64,000 nt of DNA from Bacteroidota bacterium. GTDB lineage: Bacteria > Bacteroidota > Bacteroidia > UBA4408. Positions 16,931 to 27,600 of this stretch are shown in pieces; position 1 is the first letter of the stretch, and each line of letters opens with the position of its first letter. Made by a program: the position numbers and the translations under genes. Under the pieces are notes generated by a model, which had not been told where the DNA came from, did no database searches, and was given only the letters and a program-made list of their open reading frames with translations. Where the stretch lies: NCBI GenBank assembly GCA_046297395.1, contig JBKCNM010000089.1:10243-74242 (forward strand), written 5' to 3'.

Positions 16931-18478
16931 TTATTCAATCTCATACACTTCCCATTGTTTTACCCTTGCACTGATTCCGTTGAAGTCAAGTTTTTTAATG
17001 AGTTGGGGGAAGTTGTTGTACAATAATTTTTTAGGTCTTGTTATTGAATCAAGTTCAGCTTTTGTTTGGGTCACGAACAAAAACTTCGTTTCCTTACACT
17101 TGTTGATGGCATCCGCGCTGAGTGGTTTAATCTCAAGCTTTCTGCGTTTATAAAAATCAATTGGAGCGGCCTTGTAATAAGGGTTTTCGCCGTTATAAAC
17201 CAACAAGGTATGGGAAGCACATTGTTCATACACAAACCGGTAAAGATTGTTTTGTGTATCGGCTGGTAAAAACATGACATACAATGAAACAGCAATATTT
17301 ACGAATACCACCAAACGCAGAGACCAGGTAAAAAAACTTGCTTTCATCAAGTTGATTCGTTCTTCAAGTTTGGCATAAGCGGCAGTTGTCATCAAAGCAG
17401 CAAAGGGAATGAGCGGAAACAAAAAACGCAGTTCTTTGTGTGGAACCCACACATGAATGAGGAGAAAGGGAAGACACATCCATGTGAGGATATCAAAGGG
17501 TTTGAGTAAAAAAAATAGCAGGGTAAATACCAAATAAAACAGACTTACAGGAGGAATACCCCGAAAAAATATCCAGTCAGCATAAGCATACCAAGGCCAT
17601 ACACCAAAGGAGGCTGCTTTGTCATGGATTATGTTTTCAGCAAAATAATGATAGGCAGGAAATTCCCATGTTCCATAAAGCCAACGATCACATAAAACAG
17701 AGAGGGCAAAGGCGGCAAAAAATCCAATGCTCATGCGCATACAGAGTGAGAAATTCCAGCGGGCTACAAACAATCCCCAGGCTGCTATTCCTGCAATAAA
17801 AAATCCGGATTGAAAGCGGCAATGAAAAGCCCATGCCATAAAAAAACCGGCGAGAAATTGTTGCCATGGTCTGGTAAACCCCGGAGTTTTCATTAGGAAG
17901 AAAGATGCCATCATCAACAAGGTTGAGGCATTTTCGGAAGAAAATCTCACACCGGCATAGAAACCAAACCAGGTAAAAAACAGCAGAAAGAGAAGCAATT
18001 GGGGATGCTGGGTAGAGCCATACTCCTTTTTTAGGAGTGCGTACATTTTAAGGAGCAGAAAAAAATAGGTGCCCGCCACCATGAAGCGAAGCAACATGGC
18101 CACCACAAAGGGGTTGGGTTCTGCAAAAAATCCCATGCATGTATAAACAGCCCATGCGATGAAAGGCTGCAAACCCGGACGCATGTGTGCAGGAAATTCC
18201 CAACATAAATGTTCGTAGGGCGTAATCCCAAGATGATAGCCGGCAAATTCCAGAATCTGATAATGCTCATCCAGGTGATGATAACCCACCGAAAACACGG
18301 CTGTCAGCAAAAACATGATGCCTGCAGCGCTGAGCCAGTATTTCTCTTTTTTAATGAGACTTTTAATACTTATATCCATCAATTGCCGGCCAAAAGTAAG
18401 TAATCCAATTTGCCCGCAGGGGTAAATGTTGGGAGAGAAATCCGCAGGATATTTTTTAATCATCATGTTTTCAGTCAA
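16931..18478 (-). CDS. GT22-like (Alg9/PIG-B-type) polytopic mannosyltransferase-family protein
   Basis: About 11 predicted transmembrane helices. The GT22 hallmark 'HKELRF' is present (VWVPHKELRFLFPLIP), and the N-terminal 'HHLDEHYQILEFAGY' resembles the Alg9-like DE..Q motif. An alternative ATG start (MDISIK...) lies at 18379. Confidence 0.6.
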   Translation of the reverse strand: MTENMMIKKYPADFSPNIYPCGQIGLLTFGRQLMDISIKSLIKKEKYWLSAAGIMFLLTAVFSVGYHHLDEHYQILEFAGYHLGITPYEHLCWEFPAHMRPGLQPFIAWAVYTCMGFFAEPNPFVVAMLLRFMVAGTYFFLLLKMYALLKKEYGSTQHPQLLLFLLFFTWFGFYAGVRFSSENASTLLMMASFFLMKTPGFTRPWQQFLAGFFMAWAFHCRFQSGFFIAGIAAWGLFVARWNFSLCMRMSIGFFAAFALSVLCDRWLYGTWEFPAYHYFAENIIHDKAASFGVWPWYAYADWIFFRGIPPVSLFYLVFTLLFFLLKPFDILTWMCLPFLLIHVWVPHKELRFLFPLIPFAALMTTAAYAKLEERINLMKASFFTWSLRLVVFVNIAVSLYVMFLPADTQNNLYRFVYEQCASHTLLVYNGENPYYKAAPIDFYKRRKLEIKPLSADAINKCKETKFLFVTQTKAELDSITRPKKLLYNNFPQLIKKLDFNGISARVKQWEVYEIE

Positions 18479-18556
18479 TTATAATAAGTTTAAAATAACA
18501 TGGAAATGATTCATTTTTTGATATTTTCGCAAACCTTAAACAGCAATAAAAAAAGT

Positions 18557-18778
18557 ATGTATGGGACATTAGAATTGGCCTCTCACCTTGAGGATGCGCC
18601 CTGGCCAGCCACTAAGGATGAATTGATTGATTTTGCGATGCGTTCCGGTGCACCTATGGAGGTGATTGAAAATCTACAAGAGATGGAGGACGAAGGAGAG
18701 ATTTATGAATCCATCGAGGATGTTTGGCCGGATTATCCCTCAAAAGAAGATTTCTTTTTTAACGAAGACGAATACTGA
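18557..18778 (+). CDS. DUF2795-like small acidic protein
   Basis: MYGTLELASHLEDAPWPATKDELIDFAMRSGAPMEVIENL..., from an internal ATG. It is a small conserved Bacteroidota protein. The family assignment is from memory. Confidence 0.45.
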   Translation: MYGTLELASHLEDAPWPATKDELIDFAMRSGAPMEVIENLQEMEDEGEIYESIEDVWPDYPSKEDFFFNEDEY

Positions 18779-18796
18779 CTTGCCCTGTTGGCATGA

Positions 18797-19543
18797 TCAG
18801 TTATTGCCATCCTCTTTTTTAAAGTGATAAACCACCCGGATCTGAGGTTGCTTTGAATCCATTTGGTTATTTTCATTTGGGTCCTGTTGAATTTCCTCCG
18901 TTTCATCTTGCTCTTCCACCGAGAGTTCTGACTCTTCATCCCATATTATCGTTTCCTTCACAACCCCTTCCTTTCTGTACCAATAAGCCAGAATAGCTCC
19001 TGCCATCGCACCCATGAGATGCGATTCCCAAGATATTTTGGGATCTACCGGAAAAACGCCCCATACCATTCCGCCGTAGAGAAAAATAACCACCAGCGAG
19101 AAGAAGAGTAGATTTCTGTTGCGTTTAAGCATGGCACTGAGCACCAAAAAAACGGCCAGACCATACACCATTCCGCTGGCGCCTACATGGTATGAGGCCC
19201 TTGCGAAGGACCATACCCAAAGGCCGTTTGAAAAAGCCAGCCAAAAAAAAACCTTGTATCCTGTGTCTGAGAAATAATAAAATACGCCAAATCCCATCAG
19301 CAAAAGTGGAACGGCATTGGAGACAAGGTGCGACCATGAGCCGTGGATAAAAGGCGCAAACAGAATTCCTCTCAGTCCTTTGCTTGTTCTCGGAAAAATT
19401 CCCCACTGATAAAATGTTGTATTGCTTAGGTCTTGTATAAGCATCACACCTATCATGACCAGGACGCAAATGGCCGGCAGAAAAAACAAGGGAAACAATG
19501 GACGATTGCTTCCAAAGTATTGATGATTTCCTTGAATGATCAT
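18797..19543 (-). CDS. Rhomboid family intramembrane serine protease
   Basis: Catalytic GxSG (GASGMVYGL) and His (SHLMGAMAGAILAY) within a transmembrane helix, with six predicted helices in total. It has an acidic C-terminal tail. Confidence 0.8.
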   Translation of the reverse strand: MIIQGNHQYFGSNRPLFPLFFLPAICVLVMIGVMLIQDLSNTTFYQWGIFPRTSKGLRGILFAPFIHGSWSHLVSNAVPLLLMGFGVFYYFSDTGYKVFFWLAFSNGLWVWSFARASYHVGASGMVYGLAVFLVLSAMLKRNRNLLFFSLVVIFLYGGMVWGVFPVDPKISWESHLMGAMAGAILAYWYRKEGVVKETIIWDEESELSVEEQDETEEIQQDPNENNQMDSKQPQIRVVYHFKKEDGNN

Positions 19544-19549
19544 GCGCTA

Positions 19550-21349
19550 TCAGGCAGAGACTGAACCTTGAAACTGCAGGGCAGAAAGTTGTCTGTACAA
19601 TCCATTTTCCATAGCAATGAGTTCATTGTGGGTTCCCTGCTCTACAATCTCGCCACGGTTAATCACGAGAATATGATCGGCGTTGCGGATGGTGGCTAAC
19701 CTGTGGGCAATCACAAAGGTGGTTCGGCCAACCATGAGTTTATCGAGGGCTTCCTGCACGAGTCTTTCAGATTCTGCATCAAGGGAACTGGTAGCCTCAT
19801 CCAACAAAAGGATGGCCGGATCTTTAAGCACGGCCCGGGCAATGGCTATGCGTTGCCTTTGGCCACCGCTAAGCTTGATGCCTCTCTCACCTACAATGGT
19901 ATTGTATTGATCCGGAAATGATTCAATAAAATCATGGGCATTGGCTTTACGCGCTGCATCCATAATTTCATCCATGCTCGCGCCGGGTTTGCCATATGCT
20001 ATATTTTCGCGGATGGTCCCTCCAAAAAGCAGCACATCCTGAGGCACAATGGCCATGTTTTGTCGCAGGTCGTTCAATGCATAATCTGAGGAGGGTTTTC
20101 CATCAAAATAGATTTCTCCCCTATCTGTTGGATAAAATTTGAGTAGAAGCGAGACTATGGTAGACTTGCCCGATCCGCTCGGCCCCACAATGGCTGTGGT
20201 TTGACCGGCGCTGGCTGTAAAACTGATGTCGGATAAAACAGGAAGATTTTTTCGGGATGGATAACTGAAAGCCACATGACTAAAAGCTACTTCACCTTTC
20301 AGGCGATGATAGGGAGCGCCTTCACGGGGAACAAGAGATTCCGTTTCTTCCTGAAGGATGTCCATGATTCGTTCTGTTGCCCCGAGGGCTTTTTGAATTT
20401 GCGCATACTGTTCGGCTATCCCACCAATACTTGCACCTACAAAAACCGTGTATAACATAAATTGAATAAGATTTCCATGGCTGAGTTCGCCTTGGTTTTC
20501 GAGCTTCACAGCCATCCAGATGAGCAATACAATGGCACCGAAAAGGCAAAAGATGATGAAGGAGAAAAATGCACCTCTTAGCATGCCGCCTCTGATGGCT
20601 GTTTGACGGATATCATAAATGCTTTTTTTGTAACGGGCAATTTCAAACCATTCATTCACAAATGCCTTTACATTGGCAATGCCCTGTAATGTTTCATCCA
20701 CAATGGTATTGGATTCTGCAATTTTATCCTGCACCCGCTTGGAAAATTTGCGGATGTACCTGCCGAAAAAAACTGCCATGATTGCTACCAAAGGAATCAC
20801 TGCCAGCATGGAAAATGCCAGTTTTGTGCTGGTCATAAAAAGAGCCGTTATGCCTCCAAGGATGATGATGAGCTGCCTAATAAATTCGGCGATGCTTGTG
20901 GTGAATGTATCCTGTAACTGGGCAATATCACTCGATAATCTGCTGTTTAACTCACCCACCCTTCTGTTGGCAAAAAAATGCATGGGTAATCGCACCAAGT
21001 GTGTATACACATCGCGCCGAATATGCGAAAGCATTCCTTCGGTAACATGCACAAACAGGACCACACGGAAATAGCTGAACACTGCCTGAGCACCAAAAAG
21101 AAGGAGCAGATAAATTCCGACGCGGTTAATTTGATCCGCCGAAATACTGCCTGCATCCACGAGGTTGCCCATGAGTTTAGGAAAGGCGATGGCAGTGAGT
21201 CCGGTAAGTACAAGGAAAAACAAGCCAAGGGCAAACTTACCTGCAAATGGGCGCATGTAGGAAAAGATGCGGGATGTTTTAATGAGCGAATCCTTGCTGA
21301 ATTTGAAAGAGGGTGGCGCGTTTTCTGAGGTTGGTTGATGATTGGCCAT
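19550..21349 (-). CDS. ABC exporter, fused transmembrane domain and canonical nucleotide-binding domain (MsbA-like)
   Basis: 599 aa. Walker A (GPSGSGKST), signature (LSGGQRQRIAIARA), Walker B (ILLLDEATSSLD) and H-loop (IAHRL) are all canonical. Confidence 0.85.
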   Translation of the reverse strand: MANHQPTSENAPPSFKFSKDSLIKTSRIFSYMRPFAGKFALGLFFLVLTGLTAIAFPKLMGNLVDAGSISADQINRVGIYLLLLFGAQAVFSYFRVVLFVHVTEGMLSHIRRDVYTHLVRLPMHFFANRRVGELNSRLSSDIAQLQDTFTTSIAEFIRQLIIILGGITALFMTSTKLAFSMLAVIPLVAIMAVFFGRYIRKFSKRVQDKIAESNTIVDETLQGIANVKAFVNEWFEIARYKKSIYDIRQTAIRGGMLRGAFFSFIIFCLFGAIVLLIWMAVKLENQGELSHGNLIQFMLYTVFVGASIGGIAEQYAQIQKALGATERIMDILQEETESLVPREGAPYHRLKGEVAFSHVAFSYPSRKNLPVLSDISFTASAGQTTAIVGPSGSGKSTIVSLLLKFYPTDRGEIYFDGKPSSDYALNDLRQNMAIVPQDVLLFGGTIRENIAYGKPGASMDEIMDAARKANAHDFIESFPDQYNTIVGERGIKLSGGQRQRIAIARAVLKDPAILLLDEATSSLDAESERLVQEALDKLMVGRTTFVIAHRLATIRNADHILVINRGEIVEQGTHNELIAMENGLYRQLSALQFQGSVSA

Positions 21350-21391
21350 GGTTGGGAGGACGAAAGTACGAGGATTCTGTTTTACCCTGAT

Positions 21392-22081
21392 CTAAAAATC
21401 TCCTTCGTCCTTTAGGCTATAGTATTTGTTATGGCCGATGATCAGGTGGTCGAGCAATGTCATATCCAGCAATTTACAAGCCTCTGCGATTTTTCGGGTA
21501 AGGGCGATGTCCGATTCCGAGGGAACCATGTTTCCACTGGGATGGTTGTGACAGACAATCATGGAAGATGCTTTGCTGCGAAGGGCTTCAGCAAAAACAA
21601 TTTTGTTGTCTACCACTGTGCCGGAGGTTCCGCCTTTGCTGATATGGACATGTCTGATGATCCGATTGGCACGATTCAGGAGAATCATGTAGAATTCCTC
21701 ATGCGGAAGATCTTCAAGATATTGTCTGATGTATTCGTAAGCAGCCCTGCTGGAAGTAATGGCAATTCTTGAGAGGGATTCCTGGTTCTTTCTGCGCCTG
21801 CCCAGTTCCAGCACGGCGGCAAGAGTAACAGCTTTGGTTGTGCCCATGCCTTTGATTTGTTCCAGGTCATGTATTTCCAGCTTGCCGAGCTCATCCAGGT
21901 TATTGCCGGCCCTTTGCAGAACCTCCATAGCCATCTGCAGGGCGGTTTTGCTTTTGGTACCCGTTCGCAAAATAATGGCTATTAACTCAGCATCACTGAG
22001 TGCGTTTTTACCCTTGAGCAATAGTTTTTCCCTTGGACGGTCTTCGAGCGCCCATGAACGAATCCCACCCTTTTCAGACAT
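21392..22081 (-). CDS. radC: RadC-family JAB/MPN domain protein
   Basis: HhH region (SDAELIAIILRTG) and JAMM motif (HNHPSG...SESD). The start is an internal ATG (MSEKGG); the ORF extends to 22165. Confidence 0.85.
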   Translation of the reverse strand: MSEKGGIRSWALEDRPREKLLLKGKNALSDAELIAIILRTGTKSKTALQMAMEVLQRAGNNLDELGKLEIHDLEQIKGMGTTKAVTLAAVLELGRRRKNQESLSRIAITSSRAAYEYIRQYLEDLPHEEFYMILLNRANRIIRHVHISKGGTSGTVVDNKIVFAEALRSKASSMIVCHNHPSGNMVPSESDIALTRKIAEACKLLDMTLLDHLIIGHNKYYSLKDEGDF

Positions 22082-22724
22082 GAGAGAGGCGTGAAATGAT
22101 ACCACTGGGATCTTGGGAATTAAAAACGGTATTGCCGGCCACCAGTATATCGGCACCAACCCCAATCATCTCTGCAGCATTTTCAAGCGTTACCCCGCCA
22201 TCAATCTCGATGAGGGTATTTGCCTTTTTTTCTGCAATTATTTTTTTTAGTTGTTTTATTTTTTCAAGTGTCTGAGGAATGAAGCTTTGGCCACCAAAGC
22301 CGGGGTTAACGCCCATCAGGCAGACCAGGTCAACATCGGCGAGTATATCGCTGAGAAAGGATACAGGTGTTTGAGGATTCACTGCAATACCTGCCTTTAT
22401 TTTCATGTCTTTGATCTGTTGGATATGCCGGTGAGCATGCACACTGGCTTCGATATGAAAACTGATGTAATCTGCACCTGCATCAGCAAACATGGAAAAA
22501 TATTTTTCCGGTTCCACAATCATGAGGTGCACATCCAGTGGCTTGGTTGCATGTTTTTTGATGGCTTTTACCACAGGGATGCCGAGGCTGATATTGGGCA
22601 CAAACCGTCCATCCATAACATCTACATGGATGAGTGATGCTTCACTTTCATTGATCATCCTGATCTCTTCACCCAGGCGCGAAAAATCTGCTGATAAAAT
22701 TGAAGGGGCAATCATAGTTTTCAT
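22074..22724 (-). CDS. rpe: Ribulose-phosphate 3-epimerase
   Basis: 216 aa with 'MIAPSILSADFSRLGEE...HVDVMDGRFVPN', a canonical Rpe N-terminus. Confidence 0.9.
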   Translation of the reverse strand: MKTMIAPSILSADFSRLGEEIRMINESEASLIHVDVMDGRFVPNISLGIPVVKAIKKHATKPLDVHLMIVEPEKYFSMFADAGADYISFHIEASVHAHRHIQQIKDMKIKAGIAVNPQTPVSFLSDILADVDLVCLMGVNPGFGGQSFIPQTLEKIKQLKKIIAEKKANTLIEIDGGVTLENAAEMIGVGADILVAGNTVFNSQDPSGIISRLSHV

Positions 22725-23482
22725 ATAGCAATTGATTTTACATATAGTTCCTTTCCGTCAAACTCGGCGTAATGTCCTCCTTTAAACCAATCACCCAGAT
22801 TGATGTAGCGCGTTGTGGGTGAAACAGGGTAATCGAGCAAGAGATGCCGGTGTCCGAATATAAAATAATCAACCGGCTTTTTGTCGGCCATCTCACGACA
22901 GTAGCCAATCAGCCTTTCTTTATCCTCTCCGAGAAAGACCTCATCCAAATGACCTGTTTTGTGTCTGCTTCGCTTTGAGAAAAAGTTGGCCAGTGAAATA
23001 CCCAGATCAGGATGCATCCACCTGAAGAGAAATTGGCAGATGGGACTGGCAAAGATTTTTTTAATCAGTTTATATCCATGGTCACCTTCACCCAAACCAT
23101 CGCCATGACCAATATGGAAATTCTTTCCCATGCATGAAAACTCATAAACACTGCGGTGCATGACAGCCTGAAACTCCTCGGTGAAGTAGGTAAAAACCCA
23201 CATGTCATGATTTCCGGTGAAGTAATGAATACGAATACCTTTATCGGCTAATTCGGCAAGTTTCCCAAGCAATCGGGTGTATCCTTTAGGAACCACCTGC
23301 TTGTATTCAAACCAAAAGTCGAACACATCGCCCATCAGAAACACTTCATGTGCATCGTGTAAAATACTGTTCAACCAGTTTACGAGAAGTTGCTCACGCA
23401 ACCGGCTGGTTTTACCGGAAGGAAGACCGAGGTGAAAATCGGAAGCAAAATATATTTTTTTTCCTTCGGGCAGCGTATGCAT
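22721..23482 (-). CDS. lpxH: UDP-2,3-diacylglucosamine diphosphatase-like metallophosphoesterase
   Basis: Calcineurin-like motifs (YFASDFHLG; GDVFDFW; GNHDMW). The likely ATG start (MHTLPEGKKIYF) overlaps the tlpA stop by 1 nt. The first codon of the listed ORF is TTG. Confidence 0.7.
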   Translation of the reverse strand: MHTLPEGKKIYFASDFHLGLPSGKTSRLREQLLVNWLNSILHDAHEVFLMGDVFDFWFEYKQVVPKGYTRLLGKLAELADKGIRIHYFTGNHDMWVFTYFTEEFQAVMHRSVYEFSCMGKNFHIGHGDGLGEGDHGYKLIKKIFASPICQFLFRWMHPDLGISLANFFSKRSRHKTGHLDEVFLGEDKERLIGYCREMADKKPVDYFIFGHRHLLLDYPVSPTTRYINLGDWFKGGHYAEFDGKELYVKSIAI

Positions 23483-24603
23483 CAGGGATTGATCAAGCCG
23501 GCAATACAATCTTCGAGTTCCTTGCCCCTAAGATTTTTAGCAACAATCTTGCCTTCTCTGTCGAGTACAAAGGTCATTGGTATTCCTTCTATTTTATAAA
23601 GTTTTACCACAGATGAACTCCAGAAACCAAGGTCACTCACATGATTGGGCCATGCAAGACCGTCTTTCTGGATGGCTTCTGCCCAAGCCTCTTTGCTTTT
23701 GTCTAGCGAAACGCTATACACCGTAAATCCCTTTTCATTGAACTTTTTATAGATGTTCACCACATTGGGATTTTCCATGCGACATGGACGGCACCAAGAT
23801 GCCCAAAAATCGAGTAAAACCACTTTGCCTTTGAGAGACGATAAGGCAATTTCCTTCCCTTCAGGGCTGCTCAATCGGATATCCGGAGGAATACTTCCTT
23901 TGCTCAGCATCTTTGAATCTGCAACCATGGCCTGAAGTGATTTGGTATAATCTGATTGAGGATAATTCTTTAAAAAGGCGGCAGCTACTTTTTCAATGTA
24001 GGCCATGTCTTTATCCTTATCAAGTCTTTCCAACATGGCAAGTGATACGAATGAGGATGGAGATTTGTCGATGAGTGATTTGAGCATGGTGTTTTCCTCA
24101 TTTGTCATTTTGATGTACTCGCCTTCTACTGCGGAGGCAGAGGTTTCGTCACCCTTGTTTTTATATTCTGAATATACCTTTTGCATGCTGTCTGCTTTCA
24201 TGTAATTCCTTTGCAGCATGGTGGATGTAGTTCGAAGTAACTCACTCTCGGCAGATCCGCTGATTGTATAAGTGGATGCCATTGCATCGTATTTTCCTTT
24301 GATGAGAACTTGTTTATCCTGCTTGGATAAAATCATCACCAGAAAATTATCCTGAGAAGCGGATAGTCTATAGAAATGAGGATCATCAACCTGAATGTTG
24401 ATCATTCCCTTTCCATTGTCATCAAGATTGATAGAATCCACTGGCGTGGCTTTTGCTGTTCCAAGCTCATACAATACTACTTTTTTACCCGAACCGCCTG
24501 TAAATTCAAAAGAGATTTTCTGTTTTTTTGACTGTTCCCCGTTACAACCATAAAATGAGATGAGGAATAAGCAAAGAATTGCGATTTTTTGTTTGATCAT
24601 CAT
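23482..24603 (-). CDS. TlpA-like thiol-disulfide oxidoreductase lipoprotein (thioredoxin fold)
   Basis: 373 aa with a signal peptide plus lipobox (LFLISFYGC), a C-terminal thioredoxin domain with WCxxC (WASWCRPCRMENP), and an N-terminal DUF4369-like extension. Confidence 0.8.
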   Translation of the reverse strand: MMIKQKIAILCLFLISFYGCNGEQSKKQKISFEFTGGSGKKVVLYELGTAKATPVDSINLDDNGKGMINIQVDDPHFYRLSASQDNFLVMILSKQDKQVLIKGKYDAMASTYTISGSAESELLRTTSTMLQRNYMKADSMQKVYSEYKNKGDETSASAVEGEYIKMTNEENTMLKSLIDKSPSSFVSLAMLERLDKDKDMAYIEKVAAAFLKNYPQSDYTKSLQAMVADSKMLSKGSIPPDIRLSSPEGKEIALSSLKGKVVLLDFWASWCRPCRMENPNVVNIYKKFNEKGFTVYSVSLDKSKEAWAEAIQKDGLAWPNHVSDLGFWSSSVVKLYKIEGIPMTFVLDREGKIVAKNLRGKELEDCIAGLINP

Positions 24604-24664
24604 AAGTTTGCCAAAGGTACAATCTTATGCTTAAAAGCAGAAAATAAATACCTTTACTTGCCAA

Positions 24665-27600
24665 ATGATTTCAATCTATAGTAGAAAGAGAAGTTTACTC
24701 ATCGGTATTCTCAGTTACCTGATAAGTTTTAGCTCACTAAGTTTTGCTTCTGCAAACGAAAAATTTATCACACGCATTTTTTCGGAAAATGAAGGTCTTT
24801 TAAATACCAATGTCGAATGTCTGCTTACTGATGATGACCAAACGGTGTGGATTGGAACCCAGGATGGTTTGTATCACTATAACGGAGATGTTTTTAGGGT
24901 GTTTAAACCAGAAAAAAACAATCCTTCAAGCATTGACAATATCAGGATTCGCTGTTTACTCAAAGACCATGCGGGAAATATCTGGATTGGTACGGAAACC
25001 GGATTGAATGTTTTTTCAAAAATCACAGGAAAAATAACCCGTGTCATCTCTAATAATAAAAACACCTCTGAATCGTGTAAGATTTTTTGTCTGATGCAGG
25101 ATAAAAAAAACCGTATCTGGGCAGGCGGAAATTTTGGAAAAAACAAGGGTTCATTAATTATCACTGATGTAAATACACTCAAAACACAATTCATCAGTCT
25201 TGAAACCAACAAGGATATTGTTACGCTGGCCACAAGCAGCAATGGAAATATACTGGCGGGCAGTGCCCTTGAAGGAGACTTGTTTATCATCTCTTCAGAC
25301 AACCTTACCTCCGGAAAAATTCAGCAAATACGCAAACTTCCTTACGAAAAACTCCAAAAAATATCCGTTATCAACGGCAAAATATGGTTAAGCGGATATG
25401 GCGGAGGGCTTAGTTGCTTTGATGAAAAAGAGCTTGACAAAGGTGTGGTTACGGCGGAGATTGTACCCGGAACAGAAAAAATGTATTTGCATGATATTGA
25501 GTTTGATGAGAAAAGCCGAAAGATTTGGATGGCTGACATCAACAGCTGCATTGTGCTTTATGATCCTGTGAGTAAAATGCTGGAAAAAAGCAGGCTCGTG
25601 ATTCCGGAAAACATCATTCCCATGAATGTTGCTTTTGGTTACAACGGTGAAATTTGGATTGGTAGCCAAAAAGGATTGATTTCGGTGCGCAATGAAAATA
25701 CTCCTTTTAAAGTTTTGGTAAATACTGAAGCTTCCGAAGAAATCAATCCGTTTATTTCCATTTTTATCGACAAATCAAAGCACCTCTGGAGCTCCAGATA
25801 TTTTAAAAACAAAACCTTTACTGATAACAAGGATTACGATGCGGTTCTCTCAAAAATTGCCGGTTCTAAAAGTGAAAGAATTTGGGACTTTACTGAAGAT
25901 GAAAAGTACTATTTCGTGCTCTCTTCCGGCAAAATAAATCAAATTGAAAAAGGCTCATTCAGGTCAACTGAAATTCTATCAACCTCAAAAATTGATAATC
26001 CCTCCTGTGAATTTTTATCCATGCATATCTGGAAGGATTATCTCCTTGTTGGAACCACGCTGAATGGGCTTTTTGCCTTTCAAATGAAAGCCCCATACCA
26101 TTTGGTATTTTCCAATCAATCACCCAAATTCAGTGAGATTTCCAAAAATGGTGTGCATGGCTTCACGCCTATTGATGAAAATTGGATTCTTATATGGACA
26201 GACAATGGTTTGTGGATCATGGACAAGGAATTCAACCTTTCGAAAAAACTCCATACCAATGAATTCAGTGGAAAATTTGTTGCAGGAGTGGATATCGATC
26301 AAAACAATTTTTTATGGATTGCATACTACGGTGGCGGGCTGGATGTATTTTCAAACATCTTCGGGGTGCTAACAAAAAATGAAAAGCCGCAAGTATTAAA
26401 TTTCAATGAGTCCTGCGGCCTCAAAACGGGAGCCGGTATGGGAATGATGATAGACAAAAACAACCTGGGCTGGTTATCAACCACAAACGGGTTGTACCGC
26501 ATTATCCTTACAGATAAAATAAGAAGTCTTCTCAGCAAGAAAAATGCAGATATCAGCGCTATCTCAATCAGGGAAAGGAATGCATGCGTGAAGGGATATT
26601 TTAATACAGATGGACTCATCGATAATGACTTCAGCGTATTTTGTGCAGCAAGGACCGAAAAAAAAGACAGACTCTATTTTGCCAGTGCCAAAGGCATCAT
26701 CTATTTTAATCCCGATGATTTCAAACAAGACACCATCGTCTCAGATCTTATCCTCACAGGAATGAAAATTTTCGACAAAGAGATTGAAACTGATAGTATC
26801 CTGGCCATAAAAAAAATTATTCACCTGAACTACAAGCAAAACTTTTTCTCCTTTGATTTTGATTTCAAATATTACCGTCAGGCACCAAGCAAGCATCAAT
26901 ATGCCTACCAGATGGTTGGATTTGACAATGACTGGATTTACTCGGGCAACAGAAGATTCGCACAGTATACTAATCTCGGGCCCGGTGAATATACATTCCT
27001 GATTAAAGGAGCGAATGAAGACGGCATTTGGGTAAAAAAACCTTATGTTTTGAAAATAGTGATTCATCCTCCGTTTTGGAGAACAAATTGGTTTTATGCA
27101 GCTACCCTCCTAACAATCATCATAGCCATATTTTCTATTATCCGTTACAGAGAAATTCGGCTCAGAAGAGAAAACAAATTATTGGAAGAAAAAGTGGCTA
27201 TCCGTACAGAAGAAATTGAAGAAATCAATATTGTATTGACCAAGAAGAACAGAGACATTACCGACAGCATCAATTATGCAAGACGAATGCAGGATTCCAT
27301 TCTCCCGCCGGTCTCAGACTTGCAAAAAATCTTTCCCTCATCATTTGTTATTTACAAACCAAAAGATATCGTGAGTGGCGATTTTTATTGGTTCAAGCAA
27401 GTGAGTAATGAAAAAAATCAGTCCTCTTCGGTGTTTATCGCCATCGCAGATTGCACTGGTCATGGCGTGCCCGGAGCGCTTATGAGCATGATTGGAGTTG
27501 ATCGCCTCAGTGAAGGCATTAAATTATTTGATCACCCTTCAAATGTTCTTGAATATATTAACCATTCTGTAAAAAACACGCTCCGACAGCACGATAATGA

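Noticed and set aside
19125-19469. ORF 19125..19469(-) and other internal or antisense ORFs (for example 20322..20549, 20673..21074, 34424..34883, 62351..63188)
   Set aside because: They lie entirely within well-supported genes in other frames and have no domain signatures. They are shadow ORFs.
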